A stretch of 64,000 nt of DNA from Eledone cirrhosa (GCA_964016885.1 OZ024743.1:254634001-254698000); one strand, 5' to 3'. Counted from the first letter of the stretch, positions 12,200-25,489 are shown. The notes: generated from the letters alone by a model not told the origin. Program-made: numbers and translations.

Positions 12200-12435
12200 T
12201 AGGAAAAAGTATGCCCCCGACGCAGAGCTCAAGCCGTTTAATCGGCTATTTCTGGACGCAGCAGAGCTCAAGACGTTTCGACGGCTATTTCTGGACGCAT
12301 CCAGAAATAGCCGTCAAAACGGCTTGAGCTCTGCCGTCGGGTTCATACTTCTTCCTATTACCCTCTCTACTACCCTACGTATTGAGTACTTTGGTGCGTT
12401 ATGGTCCATCTGGTTCCTTACCACAATTCCTTTGT
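12199..12435 (+). mobile_element. Fold-back mini-element, probably a PLE terminus, with a partial hammerhead
   Basis: Palindrome 12199-12357 centred on ctgga-cgca-tccag, with a 39-bp unit duplicated in the left arm. The right arm reads GACG..CGTC-aAAA-CGGC ttgagctct GCCG-TC. Confidence 0.6.
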
Positions 12436-12484
12436 TATATATAAATATATTTATATATATATATATAGAGAGAGAGAGAGATAG

Positions 12485-12757
12485 AGAGAGGAGACTGAGG
12501 TGGTATGGACATGTGATGTACATGGAGGATGACTGATGGGTGAAGAAGTGCCAGGAAATGCCAGTTGAAGGAAGACGTGGTAGAGGTAGACCACAAAAAA
12601 CATGGGCGGAGGTGATAAGAACAGACCTCAGATCGCTGAAGCTCATGGTGGAGATGACGAAGGACCGTGACAAGTGGAGAGATGCTGTGCTGAATAAGAC
12701 CCGTCCCACCTTTGCAAGCAGAGAAAAGTGGACGTAAAATGATGATGATGATGATGG
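12485..12757 (+). mobile_element. RTE 3' end fragment
   Basis: RRLRWYGHVM...GRRGRGRPQKTWAEVI...DRDKWR; (GAT)n tail. Confidence 0.88.
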
Positions 12758-13240
12758 TGATATATAAATATATAGTGAAAATATCTATTATTAGTACAGA
12801 TTAAAGTTTAAGAAAAGAACTCTGTTATTCCTGCAGAAGAGCAAATGCCCAACATGTTGAATGTTAACTGTTTAATTCTCTTTCTTTTAAGTGTGAAACT
12901 AATATGACTTTATTATAATTCTTCCTCTTGTTTGTTTTTTGTATTCTTGTTATATACTTCCACACTTATGTGGACTCCTATTGCGACCCTCAGATCACCC
13001 TTGGACTACACATAGATTTCCCTCGGACTCACTCTTAGATTTCCCTTGGATTACCCATGGACCCCAAGATATGAATGTTTTGAAATGCATTCCCAACACC
13101 AAACTCCTGCGATTCATCACCCACTTTGCTCTCTCTTTTATTGCAATCTCCTTGCCTATACCTCAACCAAACACCCCCACCATTAAAACTCGTAAGACTT
13201 TGTTAATACACCCTCTTGTTTATTTGTTTCCTCTCTTCTT

Positions 13241-13373
13241 GATATATATATATATATCACATATGTATATATGTGTGTGTGTGTGTGTATATATGTATAG
13301 TATATGTGTATCTGCATATATATGTGTGTGTGTATATATAGTATCTGTGTATGTGCATATATATATGTGTGTG

Positions 13374-13420
<47 letters not shown>

Positions 13421-13530
13421 TCTGTGCATGTTTGTATGTGTGTATACATATATACATATATATATAGTATCTGTGTGTGCATATATATATATATATATAT
13501 GTGTGTGTATGTATATATATATATATATCT
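13241..13530. repeat. Compound (TA)n/(TG)n microsatellite
   Basis: Low-complexity dinucleotide tract. Confidence 0.9.
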
Positions 13531-13849
13531 ATTTAGGGAAGGCATATATATACATAAAAAATTCCAGTCTAAAATCAATATTGTTTAACATCTAATTAAT
13601 ACTTCATTGTTTCTGTTGTCTTCTTTGACTTGCTAACACAACAACATGATCAATTTACCTTTACAACTAAATGGTAATAAAATAAATAAATAAACAACAG
13701 CAACTAGACTATAAAAATTCCTATTTGCTATTCACCTCCATAGTTTGTTTTACTGTTGGATTACACTTAATTCTAGAATAGAATTATTCCTGGCCTAGTT
13801 TAGTTTTCTGTGTCGTGTATTGGTTTAAAGTGGAATCGTTTTCCTCATA

Positions 13850-14115
13850 TTGGCAGTCATTAGTGTCAGATAGGATGTTTTGTGGTATTTATTCTAGATC
13901 TGCATTTAAGTTCAAATTTCACCATTGTCATTCCCTCCTTTTGAGATTCAATAAAAAAAATACACCACCAGTCCAGTTCTGGAGGTGATTCTTCCTCACT
14001 TTCACACTATCATTCTCTAGAAGAAATCAACTGTGAGTTGAAATCCTGTTGAGGTCAACGTTACTTTTCATCTTTTTGAGGTTGATTAAAAAGTATCAGT
14101 TCAATACTGCTGTTG
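13850..14115 (+). mobile_element. Two decayed tRNA-derived SINE remnants
   Basis: ttggcag...aagttcaaattt and gagttgaaatcctgttgaggtcaac...tttcatcttt...agtatcag. Confidence 0.5.
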
Positions 14116-14907
14116 ATTCTTCCAATATATCTCTTTTTCAGTTCCTCTTTGTCACAATCTGAAAGAAATCAGTTTCATTAACACCTATATAGGGATGGGA
14201 TCTGCCATGTTTAAAATGCCCCTATGACTTCACCAAGATTTACATGTCCATACTTACATTATCCTGATCATCATTGTTACCACAACCAACTTCATCATTG
14301 TCATCATCATCTTTATGGAAAATGTTAAATTATGGACAGTTGATATCTAATATAATTAATTAATCAAGATTAGCTCATTGTTGAAAGATCTAATCTTGGC
14401 ATCATTTATCATTCATTCAATTGTGCTGTTTATTGTGTTTATTTGGAACCAGTAACAACGATTGTCTGAATATGTATTAGATCTGTTTATTACATTAAGA
14501 AATATTTCCTTGTTTTTTGTGCAAGATACCAAAATTGTTGTACTAATATCAGTAACTATGTCAGTTCCCTCTGCTGAATAGCTTAGCGCTTTTTGCATTG
14601 AGGGGATATTGGTCAACAAGTCAACATTTTTATACATTGATATTTTCATTATCTATTTCATGGTAATTATTCACTATTTCATGGTAATTAATCTGATATT
14701 AGTTTTGCAATTGCAAACTCAAATTCATAATCTCTGCTGCTAGGAGGGTTAAGCACACCATGTCACTGTACATTTCCTAGTATTGTATGTAATCACAAAT
14801 GTCAGTGTATGATTGACTAGTGAAGTAGTTGGAAATAAGACTCTACTTTACCACATTATATATATGCAATGGTGTTATGAATACCTTTCTAATAAATATT
14901 AAAATAT

Positions 14908-17900
14908 ATCATCATCATCGTTTAACGTCCATCTTCCACGCTAGCATGGGTCTAGACGGGAATTGTCCCACTTGAGGCAAGATTGGTTGTCTTGCTCGTA
15001 TAGGACTGTCTGGCGGGTTTTCTACGGCTGGATGCCCTTCCTAACACCAACCACATTTACAGTGTGGACTGGAAGGATTTTACCGTGTTACCTAAACAGC
15101 CACATTACAACAGAGACTGTGTGTTTTATTGTCATGACACCTACACGTCTGGCAGGTTTTCTACGGCTGTATGCCCTTCCTAACACCAACCATGTTTACA
15201 GTGTGGACTGGGAGGTTTTTACCGTGTTACCTACACGGCCACATTACAGCATAGACTGTGCGTTTTTTTGTCGTGACACCTATACGACATCATTTATTTA
15301 GGACTGGATGTTGTGGTACCAACATAGCTTTACATCGAAATGGGGAGTGTAGATGGCAGTAGGGGTAGTGAGACGGGGGTGTATTTTGGTTAAGAGGTGC
15401 CTACTGACTGTAGGTTTCGCTTTGTAATTAGGCAAGGCGAGTCTTCTGAATTACTGCATAGCGCCAAAGATCTCGGTCCAGTGACATTGACTTGGAGAGG
15501 TGTAAGTGTGTGAGGTTTGATTTTATCAAGTCGTCCCAGGTTTTTCTGGGTCTGCCTACTCCGTAGCTACCGTCTATTTTGATCGCCCTTCACTTTTTTA
15601 TACAGCTGTCCTCTTTCATGCACATCACGTGACCATACCAACGTAGTCTTCTCTCGAGTAAACAACATCTGATCCCTCTTATTCCTAATTTCTCACTTAG
15701 TTCATTTATGCTTTGCCGTTCGCGTATATTACTGTTACACTTCCAATGGAGCATGCAAGCTTCGTTCCTCTCCAGTCTGCATAGATCCTCTGCACACAAG
15801 GCCCATGTCTCACTGCCATGTAACATCGCTGTTCGTATGCAGGCATCATACAGCCTGCCTTTTATTTTTAGAGAGAAACATTTAGCGGCCAATAGTGGTA
15901 TAAGATCTCTGAACTTTTTCCATCCCGTTCGGACTCTAGCTACAGTACTTTCGGAGCACTCTCCACCACTGCTGATTTTGTCACCCAGGTAACGGAAGGT
16001 GTCCACTATTTCTATAGAACCATCTAGGCAATGGAATGAGCTAGTATTCTGTTGGCATTTGCTGCTACTTATTGCACCAGAGCACCAGCCACATATAAAA
16101 TCGATATTCTTAGTTAGCTTACCTATGATCCCACTACATCTTTTATGCACCCAGACTTTGCATTTGGGACATAAATTGGAGTTTCTGCCTACTCCTTTCC
16201 TACACACTGAGCATGGCCATGGGACCAGTGCCCTATTCTCCTTCCTACATATTAGGACTTTAGTCTTAGACAAGTTAACTTTAAGGCCTTTTGATTCTAG
16301 GCCATGCTTCCATGTTTGGAATTTCTTCTCTAGTTCAGCCATTGATTCAGCTATAAGTGTTAGATCATCAGCGTATAGGAGTTCCCAAGGGCAGCCAGTC
16401 TTGAACTCCTCCATTATAGCTTGGAGAGCAATAATAAATAGGAGGGGATTAAGGACGGAGCCCTGATGAACACCAACTTTTACGCTAAACTCTTCACTAT
16501 ATTCGTTGTTAATTCTAACCTTGCTGACTGTTTCTTTATACATGGCTTGTATAGCTCTTACAAGCCATTCATCTACACCTAGTTTTCTAAGATCTCACCA
16601 GATAATGGAGCTGGGGACTCTGTCAAAGGCTTTCTCCAGGTCTACAAAAGCTAAGTATATGGGTTTACTTTTAGCTAGGTACTTCTCCTGTAGTTGTCAT
16701 ACAATGAAAAGAGCGTCTGTGGTACTTTTACCTGACACAAACTCGAACTGCATTTCATCTAGATCAATTCGCTCTCTGATTAGTTGCGCTATTACGTTTT
16801 GTGACCTTCATGACTTGGTCAATTAATTTAATGCCTCTATAGTTTCCCCTATCTAGGGCAGCTCCTTTACTCTTGTAGCAGTTAATAATGATGCTGCTAC
16901 GCCAGTCCTTTGGTACGACGCCATTGTGTATAACTTGGTTTACTATCCGGGTGACCATAGTGTGTCCCACCGTTCCATATGCTTTCAGCTTTTCAGCAAC
17001 TATTTCCGCAGGCCCAGCCGCCTTGCCCGTCTTTGATTGCCTTACTTATTATACTACCTTCAACTTGCACTGCTGGTCTCTCTAATGGATCAATGTGGGG
17101 GAGACTGTCTTTCTCCCATTTATTATCATTTAGTAGCCCTTCGTAGTGACGCTTCCAAGCTACCTTCTTATCAGCGTCAGTGATGGCAAGTACACCATCA
17201 TCATTACAAACACACTTATCCCCGACAATATCATGGTTCTCCTTGACACATTGCCTAGCAATCCTGAACACCTCACATTTTTGGTCCTCGCATTGTAGAA
17301 CATGCTTGAACTTCCTTTCCTCTGCTTCCCTTCTTGCGAAGTACACTTGTCTCCTAGCTTCCCTCCTGGCCACTTGATAGTCTTCTCTACTTCCCCCATC
17401 CCGCCATACTTTCCAAGCCTGCTTTTTGGCTTTGATCGACTCCTCCACCTTACTGTTCCACCACCAAGTTACTCTCCTCCTGCCTATAGGTCTGCTCCAG
17501 CCACAGATTTCATCTGTCGCTTTCAGCAGGTTAGCTTTCAGGAATTCCCACTGTTCCTCTATATTGTACGACTCTAATTGCTCTTCCTTACTGTCAAAAG
17601 CATCAAGTAATATGCTTTTAAATTTATTACTGGCTGTGGGGTCCTTTAACTTCCATATTTTTCTCCTAAGGATAGCCCTCCTCTATTGTCGAATATGTCT
17701 CGTCCTGACTATGAGGTCGCTAACTATGAGGCTATGTTGGTGGATGCATTCTTCATAGGGGAGGGATTTAGTGTTTACAACAGACACTCTGTCTCATCTT
17801 CTGGTAAGGATATAATCCATCTGATTGGCGTGTTCGCCTGATCTATAGGTGATCAAGTGATTGTCTTGTTTTTTGAAGTTTGTGTTACAGATAGTTAGGT

Positions 17901-18973
17901 TATTTGCGTCACAGAATTCTAGGATTCTGGAACCTTCCTCATTTCTAGTACCAAACCCATAGCCTCCATGGATTCCGTCATAGCCGTCACAGTGTTGTCA
18001 AACGTGACCATTTAGGTCGCCAGCAATAATTATATAGTCACTGTCGTGAGCATTAACGACTCATAGAATCTGTCTTTTATAATGCCAGGCAGTCCGGATT
18101 GGGGTCAATACACAGATATTATTGTCACAGTAGTTCTATTGAGGACAAGTCTTATTTTAATTATTCTGTCATTCACTCTATTTATGTCTATTATCTTATC
18201 TACCCATTTTTCTGCTAGCATGATTCCTACTCCACCCAGCCCATTGTCATTTCCCACCCAGAAAAGTTTATAGCATCGTTTTTTAACCACAATGAATCTA
18301 GCAGACCCACCCCTCGACCTGGTCTCTTGAATACTTTTAAGGTACCTACATTCATGGTACCAACTCTGAAGTTTTGGATTGTGTTTGGTGGGTGGGAAGG
18401 ACAGGGCGCAGGGTGTGGTGAGGGAGATGGGGCTATGTTAGCCGTCCGCGGCCTAAATAAAGAGGAGGAGTCCTTGCATTCTCGTCCGGCAGCATGAGGT
18501 GGATTTGTCTTTATCTTTGCCATTGTTACTGAGTATCCAGATTTTTTCAGACTCTCCAGAATTCCGTAGTCCATCCATCATATCGAAAGGCAACCAGGTC
18601 TAAACTTAAGTGATAACGTAGGCCGCTTACTTATGATTGGTCCAAATAATAATGGTGGTGAGTTGGGGGGAGGGATCTGGGGTAGTTAGCGAGAAGGTTA
18701 TAAAATAAAATCCACGAAATTTTGGGCATAATCGAACGAGCATATAACTGTAATAAGGGAAGAAATATGGGATTTTAAAATACAAGAAGATTATTTTGAA
18801 CGATCAGACAGAATTATCGAATAGCATTGAAAAAGAAAAGGTTGTATTCTGGACGATATGATACAGATAGATGAATGGACAGGGGAACATGGAGAGACGA
18901 GTAAATAGGATTTGTACATTACATTTTACAGAAGAGCGAGCGATGTAGCCAAGAATATGGGTCGACAGATTCT
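14908..18973 (-). mobile_element. RTE LINE copy B, near full length (5' UTR, APE, RT, 3' UTR), disrupted
   Basis: RVGTMNVGTL, IQETR, YKLFWVG, GVGIML, then linker and RT (ORF 15590-16543 with QGSVL and YADD). The tail appears as (ATC)n at 14908. The 5' boundary is inferred from the start of the adjacent inverted repeat. Confidence 0.93.
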
Positions 18974-20846
18974 GAGGCCAGCGCTATATGGAAAAAGACA
19001 GAATACATGATGCACATAATGTCATAAAATGTCTTTTAAATATTTTAATTTACACCAAAATGTTATCACTTAAATGGTGCAATAGATGATAAAGAGGTTG
19101 GGAGAGGGTAGCAAGGGATGAGTGAGGGTATTACTCAGCATGATCAGAAACAATAAGAAAATAATAATAAAAATAATAAAAAGTACAAAAATACAGGGAT
19201 AAGAAAAGAGATAAATATAAAAATACAAAACAATAAAGGAACAAAAAGCCCGGAAACCCCAAAAAATATAAGACAAAGCAAAGCATAGATACATAAAAGC
19301 ACAAGCAGTGCAAAAACAACAGATAAAGAGAGTTTGCAAGCATGAGTCTGTGAAAAAAATAGTTGGTTAGCAGTGGTGCAGCCTTACATTATGATAGTCC
19401 ATATGCGGGATGGTGTACTCCATTTATATCGCCTTGTAACAGGTCGATTCTCCTTATCATAACCACACGCTACGAATCACATCGATATGTTCCAGTTCCG
19501 AACGTTAAGTGAGATAACACTATTTTTCCAAAACCTATACCCAGGGCATTTATCACCATAGGCGGTCTGAGATATACACACAAAATCTAAAATAAAAGAA
19601 AGTACGACGAGTTAAAGAAATGTATGGTACATATACAGCCGGCACAGATGTGAGGAAATTGAAAACACGCCAGGTCCGCAGAAACTGGCATTCCCCAGAA
19701 TCCTCACGTTCGGTCGCTCAATCCAACATGCCAGGTGAAATTCACTGTATGTCCAAGTTGGCGTTCAACCAATGTATACAACTGTACCACAGTAAATACA
19801 AATCGTGATGGCTATCCCGTTACATATAGAGAAAAAGTGTATTTGGAAACTCCGCTTCCAGAATCACATATGGCAAAATGAGCAGATATTGTTATAATAA
19901 TAGGCGGGTTTATTATAGTGAGTGCAAATTTCTGTAGAATATATAGATATATATAGAAGAGAGAACTCACAACCAAACCTGTCAATGCCAGCTACGTTAT
20001 TTATATGTCCGCCACGTGGTGTCGTTTAGATTATTGACCACGGAGGTTGCAATCCATTCACAGTCAGGTGTGATCCCCTCCTGGGTCGGCGGGAGTTCAA
20101 TATCCAGTGCTGCACTTTGCCTTGAGTGTGGTTCTATAATTCATCAAAGCTGGATCACAATTCATATTCAACTAACTCCAACTTTCAAAGATTGGTCTCT
20201 CGCTAGTAACGCATAACGGTAGTCCAAATATAAACACAGGAAGTCATAGTGTAAGTATGAAAGGTATGGGAGGCAATTCGCCTCATGAAGGGCGGATTCA
20301 TTAGATATCCAACGGGATGCTAGGGCGAATCTTATTTTTTATTCTAAGCCCTCAACAATCAACCACCCCTTCCCCCTGGGGCTTGGTCGATTCAGCGGCG
20401 CCTAGCCCACACGATTTGCTACCATAGTTCACTATACTAGGTTAGATCTATTACATACTTTAGGGTTAAGGTTAACTAGACCCCGGGTGCCCAATTCACC
20501 CGCTTTATAGCTGCGGCATGGTTTTCTGGGCTTTCGACAGACTATTGTGCTGTGCTATCAGTTAGCGCACAAAGGGTGTATTTATAGATCATACTATCAT
20601 GGTTAGTGTGGGGGTGTGCCTATATAGGGTCAACCTGTGCTAAGTATAGTGAAAAGCCTTAAGTAGGTTCTACTCCAGGGTTCTTGGCTTGTGGTCCAAT
20701 AAGATGAACTAGGGAAGGGTGGAAGAAAAGTAAGAGAGGGGGAGAAGAGGTATTAGAGTAGTCTATATACACCTGAAGGGCAGTTATTGCCACAAAGGAA
20801 CCAGGATGCAGTGCGGCGGGGTTTTACGTAGGCCAGACAGGACGGA
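18974..20846 (+). repeat. Left arm of a ~1.87-kb inverted repeat
   Basis: Begins gaggccagcgctatatgg and ends ggccagacaggacgga; reverse complement of 22167-24047. ORFs 20016-20216(+) and 22805-23005(-) are nearly identical. Confidence 0.95.
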
Positions 20847-22130
20847 GGTATGCAGGTCCTACAGCGTTAGCTAATTGGTCTAAAATAATAGAAGGAGCTA
20901 AAATTTATGTGCGGGCAAGAAGAGAATATCTCCGACTTCCTATTTAGCAGGTTCAGTTTGGAGTGTATTATGGCGTGTGATTCAGAGAGACAAAGGTCAC
21001 AGGTCTTGTTAGGCCGGACAATATAATGTAATCACACACAATATGGCTTTGCCTAATAGAAGTGGACCCAAAAATAGGAACTACACGTGTACTGTAGGCG
21101 GCTCTGACCAACCCCAAGGGACTCCATTTAACACGCCTCATCGGTATGGCAATAATACTAACACTAGGATAAAAGCTAGAAAATTGAAGGCAATAAGAAA
21201 GACAGGGAAGCCTGTGAACCCCTCCGGGTAAGGTTACCACCCCAAGTTCTCTCTACCACGGAAGATGGGTTGTCTATTCCCAGGGCCATCTCTTCCCCTA
21301 GTAGGAACAATAAGAAAAATAGACGTTACAACTCGGAGGTATCAACCAATATACCAAAGGCATTCTTCTCGATCTTGGAACCCCCCTTCCCGGTAGTATA
21401 TACCATAGTGTCATTAATAAAAACACAATTAAGCTATCATTCTCCACTACTCCAAATCTAGATCGTCACCTAGCCATAACGACAACAAAAAAAATTAGAA
21501 AGGGTTTCGATACCATTGCAGCTGCGGCACACCCGCAACCACTAGATGGACCTGATGCGGCGTCACCCAGCAATACTATCCACACATCTGATGTACGGTT
21601 GCCAAATCTGGAACGCACGGAAAACCAAACATCGCCTGTGCCGCAGACTCACATACACCGTAAATGTAACTTCAGACAAAAGGCGGAGTGCCCCCTAAAG
21701 GGACAATGCCTTATAAACAATATTGTCTACGCATGTAATGTTACAACTCGGACCTCCTCCAAAACATATATAGGGTCTACATGAACCCCCTTTAGGACGG
21801 AGGTATGCAGGTTCTACAGCGTTAGCTAATTGGTATAAAATAATAGAAGGAGCTAAGATTTATGTGCGGGCAAGAAGAGAATATCTCCGACTTCCCATTT
21901 AGCAGCTTCAGTTTGGAGTGTATTCAGAGAGACAAAGGTCACAGGTCTTGTTAGGGGGTATGTACTGCGATGATTTAGTGATGATCTCCAATCAAGCGTG
22001 TATTGAATATCAGTGTTCTTCAGGAGGGATATGTAACTAGCTAGGGATATAGTATTCTTAAGTCTATCATGTTTAAATGTATAGCGATGGGAGTTGTATC
22101 TAGTCTTAAAGGGGGTCGATATAGACCCTA
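20847..22130 (+). mobile_element. Decayed 3' part of a PLE (thumb and GIY-YIG endonuclease, Naiad-like), forming the palindrome spacer
   Basis: YNSEVSTNIPKAFFSIL..., INKNTIKLSFSTTPNL, KCNFRQKAECPLKGQCLINNIVYACNV...KTYIGST. 20839-21012 is directly repeated at 21794-21955. Confidence 0.8.
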
Positions 22131-22166
22131 TATATGTTTTGTATATATATATAGGGTCTATATATA

Positions 22167-24047
22167 TCCGTCCTGTCTGGCCTACGTAAAACCACGCCGC
22201 ACTGCATCCTGGTTCCTTTGTGGAGATAACTGCCCTTCAGGTGTATATAGACTACTCTAATACCTCTTCTCTTCTCCCCCTCTCTTACTCTTCTTCCTCT
22301 CTTCCCTAGTTCATCTTATTGGACCACAAGCCAAGAACCCTGGGGTAGAACCTACTTAAGGCTTTTCACTATACCTAGCACAGCTTGACCCTATATAGGC
22401 ACATACCCACATTAACCGTGTTAGTATGGTTTATAAACACACCCATTGTGCGCTATCTGATAGCACAGCACAATAGTCTGTCGAAAGCCCAGAAAACCAT
22501 GCCGCAGCTATAAAGCGGGTGAATTGGGCACCCGGGGTCTAGTTAACCTTAACCCTAAAGTATGTAATAGATCTAACCTAGTATAGTGAACTATGGTAGC
22601 AAATCGTGTGGGCTAGGCGCCGCTGAATCGACCAAGCCCCAGGGGGAAGGGGTGGTTGATCGCTGAGGGCTTACAATAAAAAAAAAAAGATTCGCCCCTA
22701 GCATCCCGTTGGATATCTAATGAATCCGCCCTTCATGAAGCGAATTACCTCCCATACCTTTAGTGGGTACACTACGACTTCCTGTGTTTATATTCGGACT
22801 ACCGTTATGCGTTACTAGCGAGAGACCAATCTTCGAAAGTTGGAGTTAGTTGAATATGAATTGTGATCCAGCTTTGATGAATTATAGAACCACACTCAAG
22901 GCAAAGTGCAGCACTGGATATTGAACTCCTGTCGACCCAGGAGGGGATCACACCTGACTGTGAATGGATTGCAACCTCCGTGGTCAATAATCTAAACGAA
23001 ACCACGTGGGGGACATATAAATAACATAGCTGTCATTGACAGGTTTGGTTGAGTTCTCTCTTCTATATATATATCTATATATTCTACCGAAATTTGCACT
23101 CACTATAATAAACCCGCCTATTATTATAACAATATCTGCTCATTTTGCCATATGTGATTCTGGAAGCGGAGTTTCCTATATACACTTTTTCTCTATATGT
23201 AACGGGATAGCCATCACGATTTGTATTTACTGTGGTACAGTTGTATACATTGGTTGAACGCCAATTTGGACATACAGTGCATTTCACTTGGCATGTTGGA
23301 TTAAGCGACCGAACGTGAGGATTCTGGGGAATGCCAGTTTCTACGGACCTGGTGTGTTTTCAATTTCCTCACATCTGTGCCGGCTGTATATGTACCATAC
23401 ATTTCTTTAACTCGTCGTACTTTCTTTTATTTTAGATTTTGTGTCTATATCTCAGACCGCCTATGGTGATAAATGCCCTGGGTATAGGTTTTGGAAAAAT
23501 AGTGTTATCTCACTTAACGTTCGGAACTGGAACATATCGATGTGATTCGTAGCGTGTGGATATGATAAGGAGAATCGACCTGTTACAAGGCGATATAAAT
23601 GGAGTACACTTCCCTCATATGGACTATCATAATGTAAGGCTGCACCACTGCTAACCAACTATTATTTTCACAGACTCATGCTTGCAAACTCTTAATCTGC
23701 CTGTTTTTGCTCTGCTTGTGCTTTGATGTGTCTATGCTTTGCTTTGTCTTATATTTTTGGGGTTTCCGGGCTTTTCGTTCCTTTATTGTTTTGTATTTTT
23801 ATATTTATCTCTTTTCTTATCCCTGTATTTTTGTACCTTTTTTAATTATTTTTATTATTATTTTCTTATTGTTTCTGATCATGCTGAGTAATACCCTCAC
23901 TTATCCCTTGCTACCCTCTCCCAACCTCTTTATCATCTATTGCACCATTTAAGTGATACATTTTTGGTGTAATTTTTAAATTTTTAAGACATTTTATGAC
24001 ATTATGTGCATCATGTATTCTGTCTTTTTCCATATAGCGCTGGCCTC
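22167..24047 (-). repeat. Right arm of the ~1.87-kb inverted repeat
   Basis: Starts tccgtcctgtctggcc and ends catatagcgctggcctc. Confidence 0.95.
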
Positions 24048-24134
24048 GGGACCCCCCTGTTGGTCCTTTAACTTTGTTCTGGTGACGCAGCTTGATGGAG
24101 CATGTAACTACTGATATACTCTTGTTTATAGGCT

Positions 24135-24170
24135 CTGATGATTCCAGCCATGGTGTTTGGATGAAATACT
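24135..24170 (+). ncRNA. Partial hammerhead motif
   Basis: CUGAUGA-u-UCCAG...UUGGA-u-GAAA core present; no convincing stem I partner. Confidence 0.4.
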
Positions 24171-24639
24171 TAACTAATAAAACAATGTATTTCTAAGCAC
24201 TCTTTGGTTATTCCTACCTATAACTATAACGGCTCTGTAGTATAGTAGTTATACTACATTGAGCTAAAACCACACTGTCATACCAAGGGCAATATATCTG
24301 CATGTCTGGGCATATTAATATATTTGTCAACGAAACTATATATATATATATATTGAAAACTTAGATTATTCACATTTTTAGTCAACTGTTAAGATTTCTA
24401 TTTAGGTGATGAAAGGTTTGGTTCAGTCCCAATAATGTAATTATTATTGCAGCTATCTGGTATATAGCTGTTGTATGGTTCAATCCTATTGGTACCTCTG
24501 TCCACTTTTTTTCTTAACCAATGGTAATTTACCTAATTTAATCGACAATTTTCCAGTTAATATATGGATTTTTGTATCAAAGCTTTTAAACTGATTCAAC
24601 ATATAAATGCATGTGACAAATTTTTCTTTGAACATGTTT

Positions 24640-25330
24640 ACAATTGTTTAAAGGTTGTTCCCCTCATGGTCCCAGCAGACAGATTGGAGAAGACATTGTC
24701 TTGAATGATGACAATGCAGGCATGCTGTAACAGCCACTCCAACTTGGATGGCTCTCTCTTGCAGGTAGCCAAGTTCACCATGATAGCAGTGAGTAGTGAT
24801 GTGGTCTAGGGGCCAAGAACACCATAAATTTATACTGCCACATTCTACCAAAAATCTATTGGAGGGTTACTGATACTTTGACAATTTGTCCTCTTCGACC
24901 TCACAAGCAGTGAAACCTTGGCTAGTTTCTGAATGCACCAGCTTGCCACTTGAGAATGTGTTGCAACATGTAGCATCCTGGTGAGGGGCCTATCACAGCA
25001 GAAAGGGATGATTGGAATCCTGTCTGGCCTTTTACCATTCTCTTGGTCCAGCCCCACTGGCTCAAGCTGGGAATGGAAGCCTGTGGCATCCAGGCTATGC
25101 TGTAAGTCTTGTTGAGTGCAGCATGGCATAGGAGATAGCCAGCACTATAACAGTGTCACAGTAGGTGGAAGTTGAGTCTACAGTAGATCCGCAGCAGTAT
25201 TTGAAAGCTTCACAGATGAAACACCAATGTACAAACAATCACTGTCCAACTGAGTGCCAGTTAAAAGTGATGGTACAATGTTGAGCTAGCCACTTTTTTG
25301 TAATAAAAGTAAAAATATCCTGCCCGGGAC
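24640..25330 (-). mobile_element. CRE-like non-LTR retrotransposon C-terminal fragment (restriction-like endonuclease)
   Basis: SLDATGFHSQLEPVGLDQENGKRPDRIPIIPF resembles the LEP.GL...DGKRPDG....P RLE signature. Confidence 0.7.
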
Positions 25331-25489
25331 ATATCACATGCTGAACAAAAGATTACACATGAGCTGTTTGATGAGGTCATATCTATTACATAATAGATAC
25401 CACTGAAATATATATAACAAAGTAATCAATAAAATGATTCAAGCGCAGTGACATCTTCATTATCATATATATATATATATATATTAAAC

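Noticed and set aside
12222-12334. CRISPR-like 39-bp repeats
   Set aside because: Adjacent units with no spacers, a third unit inverted, eukaryotic context and no cas genes.
12072-13588. Long YI/CV-rich ORFs (also near 26000, 28500 and 44150-44550)
   Set aside because: Dinucleotide-repeat artefacts.
7442-17758. Numerous antisense ORFs over the LINEs
   Set aside because: Shadow frames of RT coding sequence.
18430-18510. HDV-like ribozyme near the RTE 5' end (ctcctcctc...ggctaac on the minus strand)
   Set aside because: Could not assemble the nested double pseudoknot by eye; needs a descriptor search.
20460-20475. Telomere-like ttagggttaagg
   Set aside because: Only one perfect unit.
18974-24047. 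Large-TIR DNA transposon (Polinton, Mutator or Foldback)
   Set aside because: No TSD and no transposase or integrase in the spacer; the contents are PLE-derived.
24082-24115. SECIS-like GUGAC...UGAU hairpin just upstream of a hammerhead core, tempting because some Naiad PLEs encode selenoproteins
   Set aside because: The upper stem has four mismatches and no apical AA. No in-frame UGA at Cys positions in the visible PLE frames; the TGA at 21782 follows YIGST, which is not a Cys site.
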